This document shows, piece by piece, positions 38,450-50,270 of a DNA stretch of 64,000 bases. The notes beneath the pieces are model-generated. The model was not told where the DNA came from and did not search any database. It saw only the letters and a program-made list of their open reading frames with translations. Numbering within the stretch: position 1 is the stretch's first letter; each line of letters opens with the position of its first letter. Source of the DNA: Takakia lepidozioides (Eukaryota; Plantae; Bryophyta); NCBI GenBank assembly GCA_030704615.1, contig CM060734.1:60450001-60514000 (forward strand). The letters are read 5' to 3'. The position numbers and the translations under genes are program-made.

Positions 38450-39768
38450 GGGTCCTTCTTTAGCATAACCCTAACCTCTAACTGGCTAAGGGAAGGTTGG
38501 TGGATCTCATAAGCCCCGGCGCATCCTAGATGCACGTTGTACATGAAGTACATGTGCTTACAAGGTAGATATGTTTGTTTTTTCTTCTTGACAGATAGCT
38601 CATCAAAGTCGGGACAATCACAAGATGGAAACTAACCAATGTATACATTGTAAACCAATCCTGCTCTAGTAGATCCCTCTGTTTGTAGCTGGTAAATTCT
38701 CCCATAACCTGGCTGAGGCACGTTTATAAATCCACGAACCTCAGCAATAAGAGTCTCCGCTGACTCTTGGCGACTCAAGTGTCGAGGAGTCGGATCCCGA
38801 CGCCGAATGCGCACCCCATAGCGTGTAGTGGGATACTTACCCATAGGAATGACAACACCTTGATGAATATGTTGTTCCACTGGAAGTGGTCCCACAGGAA
38901 AGTTCGGATCAGGAACGTTGGGAGGATGGACTAGTCGAAAACCTGCAAGGGTCAAGTTGTCCACCTCTTCTTGTGTAAGGTTGGTTCCAACCTTCACAGG
39001 CCACACGTTAGGTATACCCGGTTTTCCCAAGCAATAGGATGGCACGGTCCCTCCAACACACGACAAAACATCTGCGGGGCAAAACCAAAAAACTTGCAGT
39101 TTTGGTTCTTTCATGTTCGGTGCTAGTAACTTGCCAGTGAAGCAAGGTGCATGACTTCCTTTACCTTTCCTGATGAGCGCTTTGCATTTATCCTTGGAAA
39201 CTCCAACCAAGGCAGAACAACGAACCATGGAAGCAGGACCTGTCCGCTGAATCCTGAACAATGCATCGGAAAAGTCTTGTGTCTCTCTCACTGGATTTTC
39301 CCATTGCATTGGCTGAGGAGGGATAGCAACATGTGGATTTGTCTCACAGAAAGTCGAAGAACCAGGAATGTCATGACTTGATTTGGAGCTGACAAACCTA
39401 AATGGCTGGTGTGGACTGGACATCCCAGTGGCGTGCACTGGAATAGTCTTTACATTCATATCACACCTCCAAGATTCGTTTGGCCCACCATGCTCATCGC
39501 CTAACTTGCGTTTGACTGGAACAGTGCGATTGTCTCCCTCCAATTGAACCCCCCTTGTGTGCATGGGTGTTCCAGCTACTATGCCACGTACAACCTTACC
39601 CATTTTTGCTGGGCTATTAGATCTAGCTGCTCGACGCAACATGAGCTCCTCTTTGTCGGGCCCCGTCCCCCATGTCTTTCTTGTGGTGTGCCTATAAAAT
39701 GTTGCCTGCTGCAAAAGAGCTCGTGACATGTCATGCATGGTGGCCTCATATAGATCCAACGACGCTAC
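38450..39768 (-). pseudogene. C-terminal half of a Mutator-like SWIM transposase (related host element)
   Basis: DLYEATMHDMSRALLQQ..GPDKEELMLRRAARS..FWFCP..VWPVKVGTNLT is homologous to the 40400-43981 protein. An in-frame TAG at 38632 precedes the SWIM motif (CDCPDF..PCKHMY). Confidence 0.88.
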
Positions 39769-39984
39769 CGCGTGAGCGTGTGAGCGTACGCTCACACAAT
39801 GATGACGTGGCGTGAGCCTACGCTCACGCTGCTGACATGGCGTTGATGCTGACGTGGCGTGAGCCTGGTCCAGGTCATGCCACGTCACCACAAAGAAGGT
39901 GGGCCTATAACCGTGGAGCCCCCAACTGCTGATTTCACCACATGAAGGTGAAACGGATGAAGGGTTTTGGGCTTTCCTGGAGTT

Positions 39985-40220
39985 CAACCTTCTGTTAACA
40001 GGAGCTTCATTTCGTAGAACTGAAATGAACCTCGTGTCGACACAAAGGGGATTTGGAGAACTTCAACAAAAGCTCGTGTTAACACGAGGTTGTTTTCCTG
40101 GAACAAAAATGAACTTCGTGTTGACACGATGTTGTTTTCTGAGAACTAAAATCATCCTTGTGTCAACACAAGGAGGATTTGGAGAACTTCAAGTAAACCT
40201 CGTGTTGAGACGAGGTTGAT
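39985..40220. repeat. Subterminal tandem array (~42-bp period), each unit holding an imperfect palindrome AACCTCGTGTYRACACGAGGTT
   Basis: Units centred near 40000, 40038, 40081, 40123, 40165 and 40208, with cores GTTAAC, GTCGAC, GTTAAC, GTTGAC, GTCAAC and GTTGAG. Confidence 0.85.
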
Positions 40221-40399
40221 TTGATCATCTGTCTATCTGAAGGTAGTTTCTTGTGTTTGCTAATGAAAAGAGAATGACAAACCAATGCGACAAATGCATT
40301 GACCCACGCATAGCAAAGATGTTAGACGACATACATTGAGAGTCACTGGACTTGAACAGTCATTCCATTACAAGTTGTAGTCAAGGAAAACACAGATTT

Positions 40400-43300
40400 T
40401 TATGGGCTTGTATCCCGCTGTAGAAGTGTGTTGACTTCGTTGAAACTCATAGTGGCTTGGTGAATGAAGAAGTCGCGCTTTGGATCACAAACCATCCTTC
40501 TCAAGAAGACGAAGTAAAGGTGTTTGCACGGTATGAACTTCCCTCTCTTTCCCAAACTACTTGAAAGCATACCAACAAAATCAGGACATGTACAATTGGG
40601 AAAATTGGAAACAGTGATTTCGTACGTCCTGTCCTGCAGCGCAGATGCGGATGAGATCATGGTGAAGACCCGACCATACCCTGGATCAGGCACTTCCATT
40701 GTTCCCGCAACACGAGCGTGAAGCATTCTGGCGGACTCAATTTTGCCGTAGTGTTCTGCGGTTGGAGGGAATCGTCGAACCAGCTTCCCATTCCGTCTGG
40801 TTGGCCACAAGTGAGCGTCAGGCGGAGGTACCCGTGAACCGCTTCCACTTGAAGCACCTTCACGTGCAATGGAATGTCTGGCTAGGGAGAAACCCGCCTC
40901 TTCCAGCATTGCGATCTCTCGGTGAGTGAGACCTGTGCCCATCTTCACAGGCCACACGGTTGGTGGAGTAGGCTTCCTTACCACGGAAGGCCTCACTGTA
41001 CCATGCACACATCTCCCACAATCGTCAGCGCAGAACCAGAACTTGTGGTTCTTTGCCTCGCCTTGTCCGTAAGGGAGAAACAAACCCGTGAATGTAGGAG
41101 CTGCAGTGCGTTCTTTCCCTCTGGAGATTAATGATGTACATTTTTCATGATTGGTGGCCCTGATCGCCGCGCATTTCACACGAGATCCAGCACTTGTGCG
41201 TTCTATATGCCAAACCTCGTCCAAGCCCATGGACTCGATTATATGCGGCACCACGTTCTGGTCTTCAACCATTGCAGTGACAATGCTTGATGCAGGGGTC
41301 CGGTCTGGGGCAGAGTAGCCCTCACCTGTGGATGTTCCGCAATTCCATCTCTGATCCAAGGGAACACGTGGCGTCGAGAAGTTCACCCTGTCCGCCCTAT
41401 GGGAATCTGCATCCGATCCCGGAGGGGTGTCCAATTTCCGTTTGCAAGACCCGAATCTCTCTTCGCCTTCCAGATGGGGAACTCTTCCCACGAGAGGGGT
41501 GCCATCTGCACATATGCTCACTGCCCGCGCTATTTTGCTGGGATCCCCTGATCTTCCAGCTGCCCGCAACATCAACTCGCTCCTGTCCGGACCTTTGCCA
41601 CCAAGGCCACCCCTCAAGAATGACCTATATCTGGTTTGCTGCTGCAGAGCACGAATGAGGTCATCGGCCGTCGCCGCATACAAATCTCTCCCTTTTTTGC
41701 CGGATTGCTGCAACCAGGCATTGTGCACTGTCTCCGCAAGATTGCAAGAAGGCATGTCCGCCATCTCCTCAATGGACATATGCTGCAAGGCAAAAAAACA
41801 GAAAGCCGATATTAGGATTGGACCCTGAAAGATATATCCGAAGCACCCAAACGAAGGTGAATACAAACCACTCACCGTTGTCATGGCCGCTCCCCACTGT
41901 CGGTAACGGAAGTGCCAAAATGCGAACCAGTCTTGCAGTGCCCTCATGCTGTCCTCCGATGCCGCTCCAGATGAGTACCACCAGGCACGAATTGTCTGGA
42001 ACAATGTATTCGCTTCCCCCATAGTTTTGGCGTCTTTGTACTGGTTGCACAGTTGGCGATGCATAGTCTGCATATCTGGCTTGATGTATGTCTTTGTGTG
42101 TTTGTCCAGGGATTGTGTCCAATGGAAAAGACATGTACGTTCTCTTCCAGGCATTGGCACTTTTGGGTCTCCCGTCCCGAACACAATGCGGACAGCGTTG
42201 AAGTTAGCTTGAGCACTATCGGCCATGAAACCAACGAAATTGGGAGATGGGAGACCATTGGAGGCCATAACTCGAATGAGAGCTTCCCACATGAGCTGTT
42301 GTGAATCTGTGTCCTCTGACTGCATGTCACACACTGCAATTGTCATGACCCGCTGGTACACAGGGTCGTAAACATGACATGCCATTGTGGTCCAGTCTTT
42401 AACCCTCTTGACATGATCGAACATAAGGAAGCAGTTGCCAAGATCGCCACCCTTCTGCATACGTTTAACCAGGCTGACCCCGCTGCCCTCACCTTTTGTG
42501 AACAAGAACACTTTCCTGGCTCCTTGTCCCGGGAAAACGCTGTCTTGGATGTAGTCATACATGCTCCTTTTCTTCAAATCCATAATATTGTCCATATAAC
42601 CTCGGCTCCCAGAGCCCATTCTTAAAGCGTTCACCTGATTCCTAATGTTTGGAGAAGTCAAAGTTGAGAAATGGTCCATAACAGTGTCCAAAGCCGATCC
42701 CTCCAGTATTCCTCCAACCGAATTTGATGCACACAGAATACGGCTTTCCAGAAAGGACTTGCTCGCCCCCATGGCAATTGCAGATGTGGTTCCAGTTGGA
42801 TTGGTATCCAACTCTTGCCTTATCAGACGCGAGACTGTGTCAACGCTCTCCCTATAATCCCCCTTGGACACAGGGTGGTTGTGAAAACCGAAATGGACAC
42901 AGGCTCTAGTCAGGGTTTTGAATCGATGCACCACATAATACATTCTGGCGCCACACAAAGCAAGGCAGCAAGGTGGTACCCTACAGAACTTGCACACAAA
43001 AGTGTTACTGTATGGTGGTGTCACCCCAGGCTTGAATGGATTCTCACTGACACCATCCCATTCGCTTTGGTTTTGCACACCTGACAATGCGAAGTGTCTG
43101 CATTTCATGTTCTCGCATTTCAGGTGCCCATTACAGACTGTTCGCCTGAATATGAGGTTGTCGTTGTTGTGAATATTGGAGGTTTTTTGTGCGGCACCAA
43201 GGGTGCCCATCGTGCTTTTTGTCCATTCCAGGAGACTAGAAATGCCCCCCAAGCGACCAGGAGGAGGCAGCTCGAAAACAGTATTACCATCAAAAGATTC

Positions 43301-43891
43301 CGGCAAGAATGCCACCCTCTGAATATTGAAAGTGCTCCAGTCTATCCCCCTCAACTCACTCTTGAATCCTGCCATCCCACCCATGGCTTTCAGTTTAGGA
43401 ATGACACTGGTGATCTCCTCCACATCTGCTTCTACATGTGGACATGGCTGATCCACGGGCGGTATTGCACATGTGTCATCGGAGGATGAGTCCGAAAGCT
43501 CAACTACAGTGTTAACGGTACTCGTCTCCTTCTTGACAACCACGGGTGTTTTCTCCTGGGCCACTGATGCTGCCGTGCCAGGAGTTACGAAAGATCCTGC
43601 AGACTGTCTCAGAGGAGCACTGAGCACCCTGTATCTGCCTGGAGGCACTCTCCATTGTGTGGCTGGTGCAGTATGCGAAGGTTTCTGGAACACGTACTTG
43701 AGCAGTTTTCCATTGGCATCGTACACTTCCCTTTGAAGGAATAGAGTTCCATTTTCCAACCGAAACTGCGTTGCGAGGACGTGTTCATGCACCAGCGCAA
43801 AACCATCATCTTCCACCTCGTAAGAAAATGGCACAGGGTGGTCCTCACTGAAGAAGTCCGCGTCAAGGGAGCCCATGGCCTGGGAGGCCAT
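40400..43891 (-). CDS. Mutator-superfamily DDE transposase with GCM/WRKY-like Zn domain and C-terminal SWIM finger; probably defective
   Basis: Zn-binding cluster (CNGHLKC..CKFC..C..HFGFHNHP); candidate catalytic D (MFDHVK), D (FMADSA), CxxH (CLFHW) and E (NLAETVH); SWIM CTCPDF..PCKH. In-frame 93-bp intron at 41783-41875. Compensated double frameshift at ~43190-43235. Confidence 0.88.
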   Translation of the reverse strand: MASQAMGSLDADFFSEDHPVPFSYEVEDDGFALVHEHVLATQFRLENGTLFLQREVYDANGKLLKYVFQKPSHTAPATQWRVPPGRYRVLSAPLRQSAGSFVTPGTAASVAQEKTPVVVKKETSTVNTVVELSDSSSDDTCAIPPVDQPCPHVEADVEEITSVIPKLKAMGGMAGFKSELRGIDWSTFNIQRVAFLPESFDGNTVFELPPPGRLGGISSLLEWTKSTMGTLGAAQKTSNIHNNDNLIFRRTVCNGHLKCENMKCRHFALSGVQNQSEWDGVSENPFKPGVTPPYSNTFVCKFCRVPPCCLALCGARMYYVVHRFKTLTRACVHFGFHNHPVSKGDYRESVDTVSRLIRQELDTNPTGTTSAIAMGASKSFLESRILCASNSVGGILEGSALDTVMDHFSTLTSPNIRNQVNALRMGSGSRGYMDNIMDLKKRSMYDYIQDSVFPGQGARKVFLFTKGEGSGVSLVKRMQKGGDLGNCFLMFDHVKRVKDWTTMACHVYDPVYQRVMTIAVCDMQSEDTDSQQLMWEALIRVMASNGLPSPNFVGFMADSAQANFNAVRIVFGTGDPKVPMPGRERTCLFHWTQSLDKHTKTYIKPDMQTMHRQLCNQYKDAKTMGEANTLFQTIRAWWYSSGAASEDSMRALQDWFAFWHFRYRQWGAAMTTVSGLYSPSFGCFGYIFQGPILISAFCFFALQHMSIEEMADMPSCNLAETVHNAWLQQSGKKGRDLYAATADDLIRALQQQTRYRSFLRGGLGGKGPDRSELMLRAAGRSGDPSKIARAVSICADGTPLVGRVPHLEGEERFGSCKRKLDTPPGSDADSHRADRVNFSTPRVPLDQRWNCGTSTGEGYSAPDRTPASSIVTAMVEDQNVVPHIIESMGLDEVWHIERTSAGSRVKCAAIRATNHEKCTSLISRGKERTAAPTFTGLFLPYGQGEAKNHKFWFCADDCGRCVHGTVRPSVVRKPTPPTVWPVKMGTGLTHREIAMLEEAGFSLARHSIAREGASSGSGSRVPPPDAHLWPTRRNGKLVRRFPPTAEHYGKIESARMLHARVAGTMEVPDPGYGRVFTMISSASALQDRTYEITVSNFPNCTCPDFVGMLSSSLGKRGKFIPCKHLYFVFLRRMVCDPKRDFFIHQATMSFNEVNTLLQRDTSP

Positions 43892-44650
43892 ATGTCGATG
43901 TTGCTTCAGAAAGTAGAGTTCACAGTCCGACGGTGCTTGTGAATGCAAATTGTGTGGGAGCGGAGTTTTTGGCGTCCTCACAGAGAATTGCAGGTATCGC
44001 TCCGGCTTGCAGATCTCCTAACGCGGGTTTCCACTTCTGTGAAATGTCTCCCCATGCGAACCAAGCGCATGGTCACAGAGTGCCCAAATGCGGAGTCCAT
44101 AATGTCAGCCCTAATCCTAGAATCCAACTGTTTTTTCACAAGTGCCCCACCAGTGCATTCGTTGACAGATTGACTGACAGAGCCGCCGTTTGGTTGTCAT
44201 GTCAGAGAGGCCAGAAGAGATGCCCATTTCCATTTAATTTTAACGGCACCTGCACCGCTGTACAACTGTACATACTTGACATTCCTCTGGAACATCCCAG
44301 AATAAATTGCCCAATAATGAACTTTTTCAGATGAGAGGTGATTAGACCCCAACGATTTTTGGATGGATGAGGATCCAATGATCTCCGCCGATATTTCATA
44401 ACGATTAGATGGACACGTGTTCGCCATGCATGTGGAATGAGTCAGTGGCGCACTGAACGTTGCGAGCGAACATCTTGGCGTTGAAGGCCTTGCGATGAAC
44501 CTCCCATAGTCCTCTTTTTTCCCTCTTCTCCTTATTGTCTTTGCAACCCTGGATTCTGCAGAGACGGTGACCCCATTCCGAGGGAGAAGCAAGCGTCGAA
44601 GAACACTTTATTTCACATCAAACAAGCAAAGGGCACGCGCTAAGGAGAGG

Positions 44651-47600
44651 ATGAGGAAGGCGAGACGGGAACTTAGAATGGGAGAAGAAACATCCGGCGT
44701 AGAGGAAGACGAAGGGCAAAACAGGATTCTGCAACCGCAGTGTGGAGAGGAAGGTCTTGAAGTGATCCCGGAGGCGACCGATGAGCAACCTCCAATAGAA
44801 GGGGGGGAGGACGAGGAAGTGAGCTGGGCTCGGGAGAAAGCACTGCGAGTAGAGAAACAGGTCTTCAAAGAGCAGGGAGAACAAACGGACGCGGAAACGA
44901 TGCCGTCTGCCCTTGTTTCGCACCATCGGGACCTCCTTGGAAGCATGCTACCTCCAGACCAAATGGAAAGATTGAATGCGTCAGGAGCATCATCAAGTGC
45001 AAAGAAGAAACCGGAGGTGGCTATGAACTCTCTTTCTCTCTCTCTGATTCTGTCTGGTTCTTGCTAAGCATTGAGGTCGACATCAACCTTGCGTCAACGC
45101 AAGGTTGAAGTCGACCTCCTAAGTGTATATATTGGGCATCAAAACAGTGCAGATGCTGCACTACAATCAAGCTAGACAGACATGGATGCTTGCGACGCAT
45201 CATCAAGTTCGAAGAAGAAGAAGAGACAGCAATCTCCTTTTCCTGTAGCTTTTGTGTTTGTTCAACACCGATCCGAGAGCTCGCAATCAACCTTGCGTCA
45301 ACGCAAGGTTGATGCCAACCTCCATGGTGTATGTTAGAACTTCTAGTGAAACGAACAGATGCCGCACAGGAATCAACATTGCGTTGACGCAAGGCTGGTT
45401 TTGATGATTTTTTTGTTCAATGGAAGCGTCCGATCTCTCATACCCTGAACTGTAAGGTAGGGAAAGTTGATTAGTTGAAGCTCCCAAAAGAACCCTGCGT
45501 CAACGCAAAGCATTTTTTTGCTTCAAAAGTCTTTCCTGTATGCCTTTCAGTCTAAACTACATCCCCATCAATCAACCTTGCGTCAAAGCAATGTTGATCC
45601 ATGGGTGCTCAATCTGTCACTCACAGATAATTCATTCTGTGCAGAGGAAAAGAAAAAGGAAATCCGAGGGGGAAGATTTGGCCGCGTCAGAAGGTGAAGG
45701 TGAGGAAGACTCATTGGAGGGAAACTATGAAGACAAGGCCGAGGAGATAATTGGTGGGCAAAAAGTGAACTCGTCGAAGGTGATTCTGTCGATGGAGGTT
45801 CCCGGCGGAAACCTGGTCATTCCGCTGTGCAGGATGATCTCCATGCCCGCTGTTCGACCGGCATTGAGGAATGATATAACGAAGTTGAAGAACGACTTTG
45901 TTCACGGCTATGTCAAGGGATCAGCAGTGTTCTACGTATCCACTATGAACACGAAAGGAGAGGAGTGTCTTGTAACAGAGGACATTGAGCAAGGTTGGGA
46001 TGCATGCTGGCGGGATGTAAACAGGGAGTTCGAGTTTAAGCTGTCCAAAAAGGCCTCCACAAAAGCATTCATGGGAAAGATGTTTTTTGTCTGGGATGGG
46101 AACCACAGACTGCTTGCCTGGATGGATTACATTTCAAGCTTGCACTCGGACGACATCGAATGGCACTGGAGCGTGGTTTCCATGGTTCTCGATCACAAAG
46201 GACGTGTCACGCAGCTCTTGACAGCCATGCACGACATAAACAAGTAAGTTTCCAACTTTGTGTCTGTTCCTTGTTTCGACAATTTGAAATCATCTTATGA
46301 GTTGAAGGTTTTTCCAGGTCCAATGAAACATCTCATGTGACGACCAATCTGTGCCACACTCTATTCCGCATCCAGAAGGTAGGGCTGATGCCACTGGAGT
46401 CATTCACGAACGTGCTCAGTCCTCAGCAGATGAAGAGGTGTGCTGAGAAGAAGACAAGCACATGGTACAGCTTGACAAGGGAGGCTTTTCTTGAGTACAT
46501 GTACACTGTAAGCTTTTTGACACCTGTTTGCCTGTTGTTACTGCAAATTTTGTGAAGAAATTCCAGTGTTTGATTCTTTTTACCTGTTATGTATGCAGCA
46601 AGAAATAGCAGAAACTGGATTGAAGGCGAAAGCAGAGTACTATGATTCCCACACAGAAGAGCAGCGGTCTGCAACTGGGCTTGAGGACATGATGAAGTTC
46701 GAGATGAAAAATCAAAGGAAGAACCTCATGAGTGCATTCGACAAACAGATCCGGATAGCAGACCCAGGTCTTGGCACGGAATTTCTGGAGCAGGTGAAAG
46801 CACACTATGACAAGTATGGCTCCAAGCCAGAAATGACTCAAGAGAAACTACATCGCCTTTCCATTTCAATGGTGGACAATGCAACCAAAATCAGGTGGTT
46901 GGAGATATGGAATTCGGATCCTCTTGTGAGAGACACGAACATGTTCCCAACTCCAGAGAGGGACCCGAAGACACAAGCAATAAGAGTTGTTAGCGACCAC
47001 ACATTCGACCAGTGGCTACACAAAGCCACATTCTGGAGCCAGGTAAGGTTTGAACCAAACCATTTTCAGACATTTGTGTTGCTCCGTAACCTCTCCCAAA
47101 TTCTTACGAGCTTTCTTGTTGCAGTTAGAAAAACGTGCAGTGGCTGCACTTGCTGAGTCGATGGCAGACTACAAAATCCAGATGGCTTGCCCCCGGATCA
47201 CACTGGAGGCCTATATCAGGAGATGGAAGCTCGCTGTCTGGAACAACTGCTTCTTCAGGGAGTTTGAGAAAGAGAAAGGAATCTCCAGGTCTTACGAATT
47301 CAAAAACCAGTACAACAGCGAGCAAGCAATGAAGCGAGTGTTGTACAGGTGTGACCTCCTTGAATCAAAATTGGTGCTTGAAGGGCATGTTTCTGCAATC
47401 TTGTGTCGTTCTTTCCATAAAGAATTGCGAATTTGCAGTGCTTTGCGAGATCTCTGAGGGCTCTGCATGTGCAGTCGAGCAACATTGCGTTAACGCAAGG
47501 TTGTTTCCCATTGTCCTGGTTTCACTTACCTATACCTGGGTATCCCATAATGCCGTTTTTCTGAATGTGAAAGGGGATAAACTGACAGGAAAATCAGCCT

Positions 47601-50270
47601 TGCGTCAACGCAAGGTTGATGAAGTGGCAGGCTATGTAGCTTTTCCTGTGGTTTTGGGCAGTTCAAATCCAGTTCCAATGCTGCCAAGATGAACATAAGA
47701 CTGTTTGGAGTCGGTTTGAAATGCTATTTACAACTTTCACTGTACCAACAAACAGACTTGCGTTGACGCAAGGTTGTTTGGCGGTATGGATTGCTGGAAA
47801 TTTCCCGCAGCCATCCCCCGATTTCAATACAATTGTAGGAAACTTATGATTATCAGATAGCATTGACATGTGTTTCAACAGAGGATTTCAACATTGCGCC
47901 AACGCAATGTTGAATATCCGCACCAGTACATAGTCAGATGGTAGTTTTCAGGCAGTGTTTTCCATTTCCTCTCTGAATGAAAACAACCTTGCGTTGAAGC
48001 AATGTTGAATTGCGCTTCTCAGTCGTTGTCTCTATCAATACAACATTATCATTTGGTGTTCCCCATTTCTGCTCGAATGAACATTGCGTCAACGCAAGGT
48101 TGATTCGGGATTTCAAAAGTAGAATTCTCAGTGTTGCCTTCCTGCATTTCAATATCTTTTTCCGGATGTGTGTTCTTTTTCGTTTTCTGATCGAATGACT
48201 GTCTGGGTTTTTTGTGTGTGATTCAGGTATATGTATCATATCCTCATACCGGGAAAGTACCTTAGCGATGACCCAGACTTCATCTATTCATGGGCTGACC
48301 CCTCCAATGACAAGACAATGTACACGGCTGGTATTGCCAAAGACTGGAGCAGGGCGCACTTCCGAGACTGTGGGTGGTACCTCGACCTGCCAAAACAGGA
48401 CACTCCATTCGATGAAGTTGTTTTGAGAAACCTGAACGACAATGCCGCAGCGATTGCCCCATTGGCTGACAAAGACATCCAGGACAGAATCATTTCGGCT
48501 CTGGCTGCAAAAAGCCCGAGAAAACTGCTACTCCAAAACGAAAGGGGAAGATTGTCGGGGATCCGAAGGGGAAGGGGAAAAGTGCAGCTCCGCAAGGACA
48601 GGGACCGTCAGAGGTTCCTGAAAGACAGCCTTCTCCCGCAAGGAGGGATAGGAGAACATCAAAGTCGAGGGAGCAAGTTTTCGAGGCGAGAGAACATCCC
48701 TCCAGGGTTTTGGGCCAGTTCAATCGTAAGGTGCTGAATGAAAGTTTTCTTGCAATGATGGAGTCCAGGAAGTCCACATTCAAAGGGGTGCCCTCGAAAT
48801 CATGGGACATGCTTGTTTCGTTCCTCACTCAGGTGAACACTTATGTCTAAACTGTTGTATGAATAATTGTGTTTTGGCAGCTTGTTGTGGCTTGTCCAGG
48901 GGATTGATCTCCTGTTAGATTTGGATTGGGCTTCTTACACTGTCTCATGTTTTTGGCTGTAGGTCACAAAAAGTCCGGAATGGGTGAATGGAGTTCAGCA
49001 GGCATACGCGACTGACCTTGTGGTGCTGGACATTCCTGACGGTTTTCCTGTCCCTGATGTGTTTCCTTCCAATTCGACCCCGACTTGGAACAAATCGGAT
49101 TCTCGTTACTGGCAGTGGGCTTTCTCGTTCAGCAACAAGTTCCTTTCGGACTCGGGGGCTCTTCTTCTCATGCAGTCAAAGGACATGTCGGCTCGAAGAA
49201 CTCTTTTCAGCTACATGAAAGCTTCCGGGTTTCGTGTCATCAAAACTTGGACATGCATCAATACTCTGCCTCTTACGAAGGGCGAGTTCCCGGGGCAGAA
49301 AGTGAGTTGGTTCCTTTCAATTGATGTTTCGTGGTTTTTCGGTAAATCAAAATGGTGGGTTATGTCTTCTGTCTCATTCTCTCTTCGTGATTATTGACAG
49401 ACACGGGTGTTCGAAGCTTGAAGGACACTCTTCCTGCTGGTGTTGCTGAGTTTCAGTTGAGGGACCTTGCAGCTCACATTGACCCCACCTGCGAGCCTGT
49501 GGAGGATGATGTTATCTTCAATTACGTCGACTCGGGTCGGACTATGAAAAGGTCGATTGGTGTCCCTTGGAGAGGTGCACGGGAGAAATCTCCAGCTTTC
49601 ATGCAGACTTTGGTGGAGACATGCAGCCGTCATGGTGGACGAGTGGTTGACTTGTCTATGGGCACAGGTGGGGCCCTTCACATTGTGTTTGACATATGGG
49701 CAGTGACCTTAGGGAAACCCTGTTTTTATTTCTCGTTCTTCTTGGATTTGCAGGAGCATGTTTTCATGCTTGCAAGAGCGCCGGAAGGCACTTCTTCGGC
49801 ATGGAAGCTGATACGGAGCTCTTCTCAAGCGAGCTTCGTCAGCTTGAGTCGGGCACTACTTCTGCCCCATCCACAGAGGGACTTCTGGAGGAGCCCGAAG
49901 CGCCTGACGAGGATCTGGACGTGGACTCCGATTTTGAGTGTGAGTAAGTTCTTGTGTAGTCGTGCAAAATATGTTGCATTTCCTTGTGTCGTTCCCATTC
50001 GAGAAATAGTGGCTTTCGTTGTCTATATCTGGATGTTAACATCTACCACCATTCCTCTTCTTGCTTTGCAGAGTTCAGCACCAGTCATTGAATCAGCAGA
50101 CACCTTTCGGTTTCCAAGGATACTACATGTCCCCGAGCCCCCCTAGATCCAACCGCTTGCCGGTTTACGCGGAAGCTTGCGCACGGGTGTTATCCGAACA
50201 AACACTGTATTCGCATCTCCATGAAGGTCGTGGAAAAAAAAACGTCATGGATGTGCTGCTGTATTCATAG
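44651..50270 (+). CDS. Cargo gene: NLS, ParB/Srx-like domain and beta-class N6A/N4C DNA methyltransferase-like domain, ~9-10 exons, two frameshifts
   Basis: Exons ~44651-45016, 45645-46243, 46318-46507, 46599-47042, 47125-47348, 48227-48832, 48963-49301, 49401-49667 and 49754-~49940. Most junctions are in phase; frameshifts occur at ~48510 and ~49410. Motifs: RKRKRK; VRPALRNDITKLK..FVWDGNHRLLAW..HDIN; DLVVLDIPDG (motif IV-like); REKSPAFMQTLVETCSRHGGRVVDLSMGTG/ACFHACKSAGRHFFGMEAD (motifs X-I-II). Confidence 0.78.
45083..45598. repeat. Palindrome array in intron 1 of the cargo gene (TCAACMTTGCGTYRACGCAAKGTTGA, 5 copies)
   Basis: Copies at ~45083, 45286, 45372, 45491 and 45571. Confidence 0.92.
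47480..48105. repeat. Palindrome array in intron 5 of the cargo gene (same motif, 6 copies)
   Basis: Copies at ~47480, 47593, 47755, 47889, 47983 and 48080. Confidence 0.92.

Noticed and set aside
39769-39987. N-terminal part of the 451-aa ORF as real protein
   Set aside because: It is read-through of the inserted element's terminal repeat; transposase homology begins only near 39768.
45083-48105. CRISPR-like array (palindromic repeats with unique spacers)
   Set aside because: Spacers are irregular (~50-180 bp), repeats occur in both orientations inside spliceosomal introns, and no cas genes are present.
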